Assembly: GCA_963836235.1 (NCBI GenBank)
Contig: CAWIIP010000001.1
Coordinates: forward strand, 224,001 to 288,000
Reading direction: 5' to 3'
DNA from: an uncultured Pseudomonadota bacterium
Lineage (GTDB): Bacteria > Oederibacteriota > Muellerivitia > Muellerivitales > Muellerivitaceae
DNA length: 64,000 nucleotides
Of this stretch, positions 26,801-35,038 are shown piece after piece. A model generated the notes under the pieces. That model did no database searches and was not told the DNA's origin. It saw only the letters and a list, made by a program, of their open reading frames with translations. Numbering within the stretch: position 1 is the first letter of the stretch; each line of letters begins with the position of its first letter. A program made the position numbers and the translations under genes.

Positions 26801-27150
26801 GCGGCGCCGGCGCGGGGTCGGTCATCACCCAGCGCGTGTTCGTGGAGGACCGCAACAGCTCCGCGGGGGCCGGCGTGGTCACCGCTTGGCCGAATATCTT
26901 GAAGGTTTCCAGCGGCCCACTCGTAACGACATTCCATACCGACTCTTCCATAAGCCTGACCTTGAAGGCGTCGATTTTCACGATGGCGGGTGAGCTCGTC
27001 CAGGTGATACAGGGTACGCAGGGAAGCGACCAGGCCGCCTGGAATGCGGCCGGATTGGCCAGTGGAATCTATATCGCGGTCGTAGAAGAAACAGACTCCA
27101 GCGGCGGCCTGCTTAGCCGCCAGATGATCAAGGTCGCGATCCTCCATTGA
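23863..27150 (+). CDS. Large secreted protein: Cys-rich N-domain, DUF11, Thr-rich linker, DUF11, two FlgD-Ig-like domains, T9SS-like CTD (start codon uncertain)
   Basis: Hydrophobic stretch ending AGRA; GQTITYTI..NDTLPAG and ILTYFL..TDTLPAD; YNEAGE..W(N/D)G..G.Y twice; AWPN...IFTMAGELV...SGIYIAVV...KVAILH. Confidence 0.8.
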   Translation: MTTEKKLGSWRSAGLYFPFVKKFFSRFDGSGQTAIIFSVTKSTLQPKFCFRLLFGFVFFFSSIEAGRAWVNPGFTAGLTGWTTSFANPGLANGCANPSATVVNATTASAVGTGVAPNTDGLLPDHPACSPDAVQLWPSHGESNHGDWVQIEQTDTVPTNGDTCFSFWFAGVFENFHYLQGETTNNSDSYLLINMIVGGTVVASLNYSWETTLPQITQLTNAQVPANGDGTVCDINGTPNNWGYVPWTPYVINLCQYAGQEVTFQATFYDCDAGGHYGFGYISCLNWESCPPPAMKISKSNNPSGLVSAGQTITYTINYSNAGTGPADGVVVNDTLPAGTNLVPGLMTSNPIAYFTSQVGNDISWDVGYVAAGATGSLSFKVTAPDSQCVTFTNVASETDLAVACGTAPPLSNPVTNWLGGCTLTPSPTRTASATSTATKTRTPSPTYTASNTTTNTATTTSTATTTATSTATHSPTPTYTHTASATATRTPTPTATLTNTSSATATPSPTATSTPTFTPTSTDTATPTNTPTITDTSTPTPTNTPVPTHTPTYTFTPVNTIVATAVTGPSDTPTTDPTPMNTIVSTAIAGPTNTSTNSFTPMNTPTITYTYIPTSTPAATNTVTSTNTGIPTRTYTDTPTPTFTFTITSTPTATFTVTPTPPFQVTMNKTVSSSTAESGNILTYFLSLVVTGNTAYGVVVTDTLPADVTYVGSGPNSPSSLPTPVVNSTVGQLTWALPPLNPGTYQLRYQTQVNNFLVNGTQILNQAVMTYPGSVPVTSVVPVVVAANDVVIIAVYNEAGELVNQILDENQSQPILNVSLGGGNAVTAINGPGGAVTVYYAGTPIAVWNGMNSNGTPASNGTYYLKVDNINSLGSVVSQTLPVVVTRSLYQITVLIYNEAGEVIRHLYAYVSNLGQASISGMNLSASTIAPSEMNSGGGMPTQLDILLSNGTTILWDGRGDNGNFAQSGQYFVEVTNQGGGAGAGSVITQRVFVEDRNSSAGAGVVTAWPNILKVSSGPLVTTFHTDSSISLTLKASIFTMAGELVQVIQGTQGSDQAAWNAAGLASGIYIAVVEETDSSGGLLSRQMIKVAILH

Positions 27151-27220
27151 AATTCCGGCTATTTTTTTGTGTTGGCTTGTTTTGGACAGGCTCAACCCTT
27201 TGAAGCCGTTCGAGAAAAAG

Positions 27221-27250
27221 AAAAGCCCTTGGGGGTACCAAAGGCGTTAT
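27221..27250 (-). terminator. Degenerate terminator hairpin downstream of the parB-like gene, homologous to 12170-12201
   Basis: AAAAGCCCTTGG-gggta-CCAAAGGCGTT. Confidence 0.5.
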
Positions 27251-27285
27251 TACCTCAGAGTTTTTCAACCTCATCAGGAGAAGGC

Positions 27286-28968
27286 TCATCGGTCAAAAAC
27301 ATCCTTGAACAACTTCCTCATCCCCTTGCGTTCCTCGTAGTTGGCGGTCTGCTTTGCGTTCTTGAGGGTCATTTCCACGACGGTCCCGAGTAGGGAGCCT
27401 GACTCCACGTTTTCGGCTACCTTTTCCACCGCTCCCTTGACGATGTCCAATAGGCCGGAGCCATGAGGTTGAGGCGCCTGCGAGTGACCCCCAAGGTCAT
27501 TTGCGTGGTTTGGCTGTGCTAGTCCCACGGGGGGATTAGCAACCGTTTCCGGAAGGGGAGCCCCGGCTTGGGTTTTCTGTTCCGGTTTTACCCTGGCCAA
27601 TTTGCGGGGACTCACTGCCGGTTTCTGGGGATTCAACCTGGACAAGCGGCTTAACTTGACCTTGAAGTCTTTCATAAAAGTTTCTTGTTCTTCAGGGCTT
27701 TTTCCAACGACCGGCAAGGTCGTTTTAATGGCCTTTAACGCGGAAGTCTTTTCGCCCGCCAGGGCTTTTTGGTAGATGCCATCCGCCAAGGGGCCAGGGC
27801 CAAAGGCCGTTTCAAGGTGGGTTTTGGCGTCGAGTTTGGAATTTTCAAAGGCCTCCCGCTTTTGAGCCTCTTTTTGAGTCTGGGCTTGAGCTTTCCCCTC
27901 GGCTTTTTGGGCTTGCAGGGCCTTGGCTTGTTCCTTAGCGGCGGCTTTTTGGGCCTTTTGCTGATCCTTGGCCTCTTGGGCCTTCCGGGCTTCTTCCGCT
28001 TGGGACGCCTTGGCGGCGCTTTCCCCCTGATAGGCTTTGGCACACTCCTTTAATAGGTCGGGAAAGGCTTTACGGTAAGCTAAGTTCTCCTGGGCTACCC
28101 CCGCCTTTTGTTTCATGTGTTCCAGCCAAACCATGCCCCCGTAAGCCGCAACCGGGGCTTCGGCTTCTGTCAAGGTCCAGGTGAGTTTGTAGCCCTTGGG
28201 GGTTTTCTGCATTTTTAGGGTAGGGGGAAGACTTGGCCAAAGGGCCGCATGGGGGTCATTTGGGTCTTGGCTTGGGTTTTTGGCTACCTTCTCCCCGAAG
28301 CTCTCAGGGCTATTGCCCTTTTTGACCCAAGCCACCAGCTTTTGGGCCTCGGGTTCGTTCATTTGCCGGTCAATGACGACCTTGATGGTATCCAAGACCT
28401 TTTGTGGGTCTTCAAGGCTGGTCAGGGAAAAAACAATATTTTCGAGAGCTTGATAAGGATCTGTATTTATAAAAGTTTTATAAATTAGATCCCTGGAAGC
28501 TTGGTTTAAAACCGATAAAAGCTTTAAAGCCCTACTAACGGTCGGCTGTTTAATGCATAGTTCATCCGCCACCTGTTGTTGGGTCGGCTTTTGGGGGTTA
28601 TTGATGCGTCTTTCAATGGCTTGGTACCAGTCCAGCCAGTTCATGTCCTGGCCCTGGTTATCCATAATCGAGACCAGCTCAGCCTCTTCGGGGGTAAGGT
28701 TGCCGATGACCAGGGCGTCCAATTCCTCCCAGCCCAGCTCTTGGGCGGCCCGGTAGCGCAACTCGCCTCCCAGGATCAGGTAACATGGGGAGGGATTGTT
28801 GTCCGGTCCCTCGGCAGGCATCGTGCGGAGTTTGACGGGGGTCAATTGGCCGTCGGCCTTCAGGGAAGCTTTCTTCTGGTCTACCATTTCCTGGGTGATG
28901 ACCCGGCGGGGGTTTTCGGGGTTCGACCGAATCTGCCGGATGGGGATTCGCATGTAATAAGAAGTCAT
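27286..28968 (-). CDS. ParB/Srx-domain HTH protein with long charged C-terminal extension
   Basis: IRSNPENPRR, GQLTPV, ILGGELRYRAA; HTH TQQQVADELCIKQPTVSRAL; AAGGAG RBS before ATG 28968. Confidence 0.82.
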   Translation of the reverse strand: MTSYYMRIPIRQIRSNPENPRRVITQEMVDQKKASLKADGQLTPVKLRTMPAEGPDNNPSPCYLILGGELRYRAAQELGWEELDALVIGNLTPEEAELVSIMDNQGQDMNWLDWYQAIERRINNPQKPTQQQVADELCIKQPTVSRALKLLSVLNQASRDLIYKTFINTDPYQALENIVFSLTSLEDPQKVLDTIKVVIDRQMNEPEAQKLVAWVKKGNSPESFGEKVAKNPSQDPNDPHAALWPSLPPTLKMQKTPKGYKLTWTLTEAEAPVAAYGGMVWLEHMKQKAGVAQENLAYRKAFPDLLKECAKAYQGESAAKASQAEEARKAQEAKDQQKAQKAAAKEQAKALQAQKAEGKAQAQTQKEAQKREAFENSKLDAKTHLETAFGPGPLADGIYQKALAGEKTSALKAIKTTLPVVGKSPEEQETFMKDFKVKLSRLSRLNPQKPAVSPRKLARVKPEQKTQAGAPLPETVANPPVGLAQPNHANDLGGHSQAPQPHGSGLLDIVKGAVEKVAENVESGSLLGTVVEMTLKNAKQTANYEERKGMRKLFKDVFDR

Positions 28969-29150
28969 AATTTTCTCCTTTTGCTGAAATAGGAGCCCTT
29001 TTATCTTTCTTGGACCCTTGATGGGCAAAAGATATTTCGGGAGAATGCGTCCGTCAAATAAAAAACGAGGGGAAAAAGGTTTCCGGTTTAACCTTGCTGA
29101 AGCATAGCCTAAAAAATGACCGATTTTGATTTAAAGTCAACGGCAAAGGC

Positions 29151-29273
29151 GGGTTGAACCACCAAGGCACCAAGGGCACCAAGTACAGCGAAAGACTTGG
29201 GTGTTTAAAGGAATGGATTTTGATATTTTCTTTTTCTTTCTTGGTGTTCTTGGTGCCCTTGGTGGTTCAACCC
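29151..29273. repeat. 123-bp miniature inverted-repeat element with CACCAAG sub-repeats
   Basis: Left arm GGGTTGAACCACCAAGGCACCAAGGGCACCAAG; right arm reverse-complements to GGGTTGAACCACCAAGGGCACCAAGAACACCAAG. Confidence 0.8.
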
Positions 29274-29295
29274 TATTTTTGAGATTGGAAAATAA

Positions 29296-30030
29296 TTGAT
29301 TTATCACCTGACGCCGGAACAAGAAGCGAAAAACAAATCCACGGAAAAGAACGCGACGATTTTTTCCCTGGTGATGGCCGTGACCGCGATGGGCTTTTTC
29401 AGCCTTCCCAGCCTCTCCCAGGGCCCCCAAGCCTATCCCAAACTGCTGATCCTTTGGGCCGTCCTCTTGGGTCTTTTCGGGCTGGTGATTTTCGCGGCGA
29501 GGAAGAACGGGCAAAGCAAAAGGGTGGTCCAATTGGAGACGGGGGATATGGCCTTGGTTCTCAACTCCGCCACCCGGAAGGAAATCATACCTTACACCTC
29601 GATCCTCAGGATGGGCGTCCATAACGACTTCGTGGGTAATGTCATGACGATTTATTTGAGGACCAAGGTCAAACCCTTGATTCTTCTTTATGGTTTTGGG
29701 GAGATGACCGCTTTAGCGGACGATTTGGAAAAACATATTTCCGATCCCCTTTTGGTGGATTGGAAAAGGGGAATTCCGGGAGCCCAAAGAAAGTTCGGCG
29801 GAAGGATTCCGATTATCGGGGTCGGCTTCGCCGTTTTGGGGACCATTGTGGGATTGTCCTACTTCCTGTTCAAATTAGGCTTGGGGAGCTTGTTGATTCC
29901 GATCAGTTTCATTTTCATGGGAATTTCCAGATTCGCCATGAACCGGTACGACCGTGGCTCGAGAATCCTGGGGATTTTGTTTATCCTGGGGGGGATTGTC
30001 TACGCGGTCTTCCAATTTTTGACGCCCTAA
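29296..30030 (+). CDS. Hypothetical membrane protein
   Basis: Two N-terminal and about three C-terminal hydrophobic helices around a soluble domain. Confidence 0.7.
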   Translation: MIYHLTPEQEAKNKSTEKNATIFSLVMAVTAMGFFSLPSLSQGPQAYPKLLILWAVLLGLFGLVIFAARKNGQSKRVVQLETGDMALVLNSATRKEIIPYTSILRMGVHNDFVGNVMTIYLRTKVKPLILLYGFGEMTALADDLEKHISDPLLVDWKRGIPGAQRKFGGRIPIIGVGFAVLGTIVGLSYFLFKLGLGSLLIPISFIFMGISRFAMNRYDRGSRILGILFILGGIVYAVFQFLTP

Positions 30031-30047
30031 ACCTGAAAGGAAACCCC

Positions 30048-30863
30048 TTGCCCAAGAACGATGGTCCCATCCTCGAACGAAAATATTCCATTTGGAAAGC
30101 CTTCCCCTATTCCTTCTTCTCCAAAGACCTTTACGCCGACATTGGCAAAAACTGGAGGGGAACCGGCTACCGTTATCTTTTTTTGACCCTGGCCCTGGTG
30201 GTCTCTTGCCGGGCCTTGGTGTTTCAGGAATATGCCGCCGAAAATTTTCCGGGTTTCATCGCGAGCGTCCCGGAATTTAAAGTCGAAAAGGGGGTCTTTT
30301 CCTCCAGCGTATCCCAACCTTACGTCCGGAATTATGCCTCGACCCTTTTCGCGCTGGATACCACGGGAAAGATCGCTCAATTGGCCCAGGTGCCTGGCGT
30401 TGAAAAGGCCGATACCTGCCTGCTGATTACCCAGACCCAGTTCATGACCCGCAGAGTCCGTTTGGGCCATGTGGATGACAAAACCGAAAGCCTGGCGAAA
30501 ATCCCTTCCTTCAATTTTGATAAAGACAAAAAGCAACGATTGAGCGATTTCTTTGTCCGGTGGTCGGGGACCTTTTTTTTCCTGTTTTTCCTGTTTTTGG
30601 GTTTTCCGGTTTACGGGATTGTCCTATCCATCTATGGTCTTCTCGGAGTGCTTATTTCGGAAATTCGCGGTAAGGGCCTGGACTATATCGTGGTCCTGCG
30701 ATTGGCCATCATCAGCCATATCCCGCCCTTCCTTTTGACCACCCTCATGGTGATTTGTGGGCTTCAACTGCCCATGCCTATTGTCTGGTCCTTCTTCCTC
30801 TCGATGGGTTTCCTTCATTTCGCGATCAGCGCCCAGGAGCCGGTCGATATCCAAGCCGCTTGA
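30048..30863 (+). CDS. DUF1189-like membrane protein (probable TTG start)
   Basis: SFFSKDLY..GYRYLFL N-terminal TM, periplasmic loop (PEFKVEKG), C-terminal TMs; GAAAGGA before TTG 30048. Confidence 0.65.
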   Translation: MPKNDGPILERKYSIWKAFPYSFFSKDLYADIGKNWRGTGYRYLFLTLALVVSCRALVFQEYAAENFPGFIASVPEFKVEKGVFSSSVSQPYVRNYASTLFALDTTGKIAQLAQVPGVEKADTCLLITQTQFMTRRVRLGHVDDKTESLAKIPSFNFDKDKKQRLSDFFVRWSGTFFFLFFLFLGFPVYGIVLSIYGLLGVLISEIRGKGLDYIVVLRLAIISHIPPFLLTTLMVICGLQLPMPIVWSFFLSMGFLHFAISAQEPVDIQAA

Positions 30864-30873
30864 AAGGGTAAGC

Positions 30874-31494
30874 ATGAAAGCTTTCGCCGGGATCAACTTA
30901 GCTTTAATTTTTTCGATGATTCTTTGGGGCGGATCCCAGGCCATGGGCCAAACGGCAGTTTCGGGCAACCCACCGTCCGTTTCGACGCCGACCCCATCGG
31001 AAAAATTTTTTATTAAAGCCGGGGCAGGGACTTACCTTTTCCAGTTTTTTTCGACGAGTTACGATCGCTTTGTCCGTAACGGGATTGTTCCAGAAATAGA
31101 TAATCAAATTATTTCCGTGACCGGATTGACCGGGTCCGCGGCGGCGGGGATTGACTGTCCCGACCATTTTTCCTTTTTTGCCAGCGTGGAAGGGCTATCC
31201 AAAGATTGGTCGATCATGGCCAATGCCCAATGTATGGATACGGATTTTAAATTCATGAAACCCTATATTTATTTCGGGGCGGGGTTGGACTTTATCAACT
31301 ATTCGGCTATTGGGCCGGGGGTACAATCGGGACTCGGATTAAGTTTTCCTTTGGACCTAAAAACAGAAATTTTTATTGAAGGTAAAATATATGGTGCCAT
31401 GAACCTTTGGTCCGGGCCTTACCATTACGACGCGCCTTACCGTTGGGCCGATTTCTATGTACCTTTATTGGGAGGATTGAAATTCACCTTATGA
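30874..31494 (+). CDS. Secreted protein, probable small outer-membrane beta-barrel
   Basis: Signal peptide; amphipathic strands KPYIYFGAGLDF, IFIEGKI; terminal GGLKFTL. Confidence 0.65.
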   Translation: MKAFAGINLALIFSMILWGGSQAMGQTAVSGNPPSVSTPTPSEKFFIKAGAGTYLFQFFSTSYDRFVRNGIVPEIDNQIISVTGLTGSAAAGIDCPDHFSFFASVEGLSKDWSIMANAQCMDTDFKFMKPYIYFGAGLDFINYSAIGPGVQSGLGLSFPLDLKTEIFIEGKIYGAMNLWSGPYHYDAPYRWADFYVPLLGGLKFTL

Positions 31495-31504
31495 TAGGTC
31501 TGGA

Positions 31505-31861
31505 ATGTTAGTGAAAGCTCTGGCCTGGATCAACTTAGCTTTGGCATTCGTCCTGGAAATGATCGCCCTTTATATCCTGGGGATTTTTGGGTTTCAGATG
31601 AATCTTCCGGATATGGGGAAGTGGTATTTCGCTTTAATCATCCCTTTTGTTTTCATTTGCGCCTGGGCCATCTTGGCGGCGCCCAAAGCCCAATGCCGGC
31701 TCAAGGGTTGGAAGTTGTATGGTTACAAATTCGTTAATTTCACATTAGCCGCCTGGGCCCTTTCGGCCATCAGCCAAGCCCAATGGGCGATGCTATTTGA
31801 GGTGGTTGTTGCGGTGAATCTAGTCCTTTTATGGGTTTGGAGGCGGTTTGAACCGGGTTGA
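31505..31861 (+). CDS. YrdB/DUF2568-like small membrane protein
   Basis: NLALAFVLE, WAILAAPKA..RL, VAVNLVL pattern. Confidence 0.75.
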   Translation: MLVKALAWINLALAFVLEMIALYILGIFGFQMNLPDMGKWYFALIIPFVFICAWAILAAPKAQCRLKGWKLYGYKFVNFTLAAWALSAISQAQWAMLFEVVVAVNLVLLWVWRRFEPG

Positions 31862-32093
31862 ATGATCAATGGCGAGGCTCAATTAGTCCGGATAAAACGA
31901 ATAATAATCAAAAACATAGAAATTTTCGAAAATTCGCACTATTTTTGACCACCTCGGCGTAAAAAAAACTTTATTTTGTTTGAAAATAATAGAGTTTTAC
32001 CGACCCATGATAAAATGAATGGCGTCTAAATCGATATCACATCTCGTTTCTTCCTCGGTGCCCCGGCCTTGAAACGAATCCGAAAGGATTTTC

Positions 32094-34223
32094 ATGGCTC
32101 CCAATCAAAAAGTTATTTCCCTTTTCTTCCTGATTTTGGCCCTGCTGATAGGCAATTCCATTTTCACTTACCAGAATTATCGAAAACTCAATTCCAATAA
32201 TGAATGGGTCGTCCATACTCAACAGGTCCTGGTTGCAATGAATCGAGTTCGAAACTTGGCCAGCCGGGCCGAGAATCCCAAAGTTTGGCAAAGCCCCGCG
32301 GCCATGAAGGCTTTGGCGGGAGATCCGATCTATTTCGCCCAAATTCAAGAAGCTGTTCAGGACTTAAAAAAGCTAACGGCGGACAATCCTTCCAAGCAAA
32401 ATAAAATAAAAGAATTGGAATCCCTGCTCAATGTCTCCAGGGAAGCCAAAGCGGCATGGTGGAGAGGCAACAACCAGGATAATTTCCAAGTCCGGGAGAT
32501 TCTGGCGGATATGCGGCAAGAGGAAAACCGGCTTTTAGGGTTGAGAGCGGAAGAAACCGATCTGAGCATCCACCGAACGGGTTTCGCCTTTGTCCTTACC
32601 TTTTGCACAGCCGTTGTTTTTATTTTTTTCACCCTTTTTTTATGGAACAAGGATTTGCGCAGCCAGATAAATTTGAATAAAAGCCTGGGGGAAACGCGGG
32701 ATAAGACCCGGCTATTGGATTCGATTATGAGGAGCATGTCAGAGGGGATCGTCGTCGCGGACTGTAACGGCCAGATGACTTATTTCAACGACGCGGCCAA
32801 ACGGATCACGGGTATCGGGATGTCAGCTCAAAAACCGGATAAATGGACTGAAGAATACGGCGTTTTTAACGAGGACAAAGTCACGCCTTGTCCCGAAGCG
32901 GAAATTCCCCTGGTGAAGGCCTTCCACGGGGTTGAGGTCAACCATGTCATTCAATTCCTCCGCAATTCCGGCCATCCCATGGGGATTTTCGTCAGCGTGA
33001 ACGGCCGGCCCCTCCGGGACGAGCTTGGAAACATCACCGGGGGGCTGGTGGTGGTACGGGATATTACCCAGGAAATGCAGGCGGAGGAAGGGAGCAAGAA
33101 ACTAGAGGCAATCCTCCGCACCCAGGACTTCATCACTTCCGTCCTCGAGAACCTTCCCAACATGGTTTTCGTCAAGGACGCGAAGGACTTGCGCTTCGTG
33201 ATGTTCAACAAGGCGGGGGAGGAACTCCTGGGTATTCCCCGCGCCGACCTTATCGGCAAGAACGACTATGATTTTTTTCCCAAGGAGGACGCGGATTTCT
33301 TCACGGCCAAGGACCGCAAGACCTTGGAGGCCCGCCAGCTCCTGGATATCCCCGAGGAAACCCTTCAAACGCGCGAGAAAGGCCCGCGGATCCTTCATAC
33401 GAAGAAAATCCCTGTTTTGAATCAGGACGGTATTCCACAGTATTTGTTGGGGATCTCGGAAGATATCACGGCGCAGAAAGCCCAGGAAAACCTCAAAATT
33501 TATACGAAAGCCTTGGAAACCAGCAACCAGGAACTGCAGGATTTCGTGTTCGTGGCTTCCCACGATCTGCAGGAACCCCTTCGGAAAATCCAGGCTTTTG
33601 GGGAATTTCTCCGGGATGAATTCAAGGCGGTCCTGGGGGAAACGGGCCGGGATTATGTGGAACGGATGAGAAGCGCCGCCAACCGCATGCAAATCCTGAT
33701 CAACGACCTTTTGGCCCTCACCCGGGTGACCACCAAGGCGAAGCCTTTCATTTCCGTAAATCTTTCGGATATCCTTCAAGGTGTCCTCTCCGATCTTGAA
33801 ACCCGAATTCAGGAGAAGAAAGCCAAGGTGGAGGTAGCTTCTCTCCCCACCCTGGAAGCTGACGAAACCCAGATGCGGCAATTGTTCCAAAACCTCATCG
33901 GCAACGCGCTAAAGTTCCAACGTCCCGGCGTTCCACCGGAGATCACGGTTTACGCTTCCGCCGCGCCCAAGGCGGTCGATGGGGAAGGCCGTTGCCGGAT
34001 TAAGGTAGAGGACAATGGCATCGGGTTCGACAACAAATATGGTGAACTAATCTTCAAGGTGTTCGAAAGGCTGCATGGCAGGGACGAGTATGAGGGGACG
34101 GGGATAGGCTTGGCGGTCTGCCGGAAGGTCGTGGAACGGCATGGAGGGACGATTAAGGCAGAGGGAATTCCGGGAAAAGGCAGCATCTTTACGATCGAAC
34201 TGCCTCTTCACCACAAATCATAA
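32094..34223 (+). CDS. CHASE3-PAS-PAS sensor histidine kinase (Cph1-type core)
   Basis: TM, WVVHTQQV/LTADNP/MRQEENRLL CHASE3 motifs, TM, two PAS, FVASHDLQEPLRKI, GTGIGLA. Confidence 0.9.
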   Translation: MAPNQKVISLFFLILALLIGNSIFTYQNYRKLNSNNEWVVHTQQVLVAMNRVRNLASRAENPKVWQSPAAMKALAGDPIYFAQIQEAVQDLKKLTADNPSKQNKIKELESLLNVSREAKAAWWRGNNQDNFQVREILADMRQEENRLLGLRAEETDLSIHRTGFAFVLTFCTAVVFIFFTLFLWNKDLRSQINLNKSLGETRDKTRLLDSIMRSMSEGIVVADCNGQMTYFNDAAKRITGIGMSAQKPDKWTEEYGVFNEDKVTPCPEAEIPLVKAFHGVEVNHVIQFLRNSGHPMGIFVSVNGRPLRDELGNITGGLVVVRDITQEMQAEEGSKKLEAILRTQDFITSVLENLPNMVFVKDAKDLRFVMFNKAGEELLGIPRADLIGKNDYDFFPKEDADFFTAKDRKTLEARQLLDIPEETLQTREKGPRILHTKKIPVLNQDGIPQYLLGISEDITAQKAQENLKIYTKALETSNQELQDFVFVASHDLQEPLRKIQAFGEFLRDEFKAVLGETGRDYVERMRSAANRMQILINDLLALTRVTTKAKPFISVNLSDILQGVLSDLETRIQEKKAKVEVASLPTLEADETQMRQLFQNLIGNALKFQRPGVPPEITVYASAAPKAVDGEGRCRIKVEDNGIGFDNKYGELIFKVFERLHGRDEYEGTGIGLAVCRKVVERHGGTIKAEGIPGKGSIFTIELPLHHKS

Positions 34224-34233
34224 GGAGGAATGG

Positions 34234-34701
34234 ATGATGAAGGACAAGGGACTTTTGCCGATTTTAATGGTGGACGACGACCAAGACGACCGGATGATGG
34301 CCGAAAAGGCCCTGCGGAAAAACCGTGTCGTCAACCCGATTATTTTCCTCGCGGATGGGGAGGAAGTGATGGATTACATAAAACGAAAGGGAAAATTCTC
34401 GGATCCGGCCACCTCAATCCGGCCTTGTTTCATCCTTTTGGATTTGAATATGCCCCGGATGGACGGGCGTAAGGCGCTTCTTTTCCTGAAGTCCGATTCG
34501 CAGCTGAAGAAAATCCCCGTGGTGGTCCTCAGCACCTCCAGCGCGGAGGAGGACATCCTGCGCAGTTACAACCTGGGCGCCAACTCCTTCATCACTAAGC
34601 CGGTCACTTTCGACGGCTTGGTGTCGACAATGGAATCCCTGAAAAACTATTGGCTCGAAATCGTGGAATTACCCCACGACAATGGAAACGAGACCCAATG
34701 A
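34234..34701 (+). CDS. Single-domain response regulator, Rcp1-like
   Basis: ILMVDDD, ILLDLNMPRMDG, LSTS, GANSFITKP; AAGGAGG RBS. Confidence 0.92.
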   Translation: MMKDKGLLPILMVDDDQDDRMMAEKALRKNRVVNPIIFLADGEEVMDYIKRKGKFSDPATSIRPCFILLDLNMPRMDGRKALLFLKSDSQLKKIPVVVLSTSSAEEDILRSYNLGANSFITKPVTFDGLVSTMESLKNYWLEIVELPHDNGNETQ

Positions 34702-34750
34702 GTGAAAACCCGGCAAGCTGTTGATCGTGGAAGATGACGGGGAAGATTTC
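34698..34750 (+). pseudogene. Frameshifted 5' stub of a receiver-domain gene
   Basis: ATGA overlap with the RR stop; shifted frame reads PGKLLIVEDDGEDF, then breaks into duplicated DNA. Confidence 0.6.
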
Positions 34751-35038
34751 CTTCATTTCGCGATCAGCGCTCAGGAGCCGGTCTATATCCAGGCCGGTTG
34801 AAAGGGTAAGCATGAAAGCTCTCGCCTGGATCAACTTAACTTTAATCTTTTCGATGATTCTCTTGGGCGGCTCCCAGGCTATTGGCCAAACGGCCGCGCC
34901 TTACAGCCAAACACCGGTTTCCACGCCGACATCCAGAGAAAAATTGTTTATTAAAACCGGGGCCGGACTTTATCTTTTCCAGCTTTATTCGACGATTTAT
35001 GATCGACCAACCAAAAACGGAATACCTTATGAAATGAA
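34747..35038 (+). pseudogene. Diverged direct duplicate of 30809-31100 (DUF1189 3' end + 5' part of beta-barrel gene)
   Basis: tttccttcatttcgcgatcagcgc...gaaagggtaagcatgaaagct at offset 3938; homology ends near 35038. Confidence 0.85.

Noticed and set aside
29296-31861. Integron-like cassette array
   Set aside because: No attC-like sites between genes, very short spacers and no integrase.
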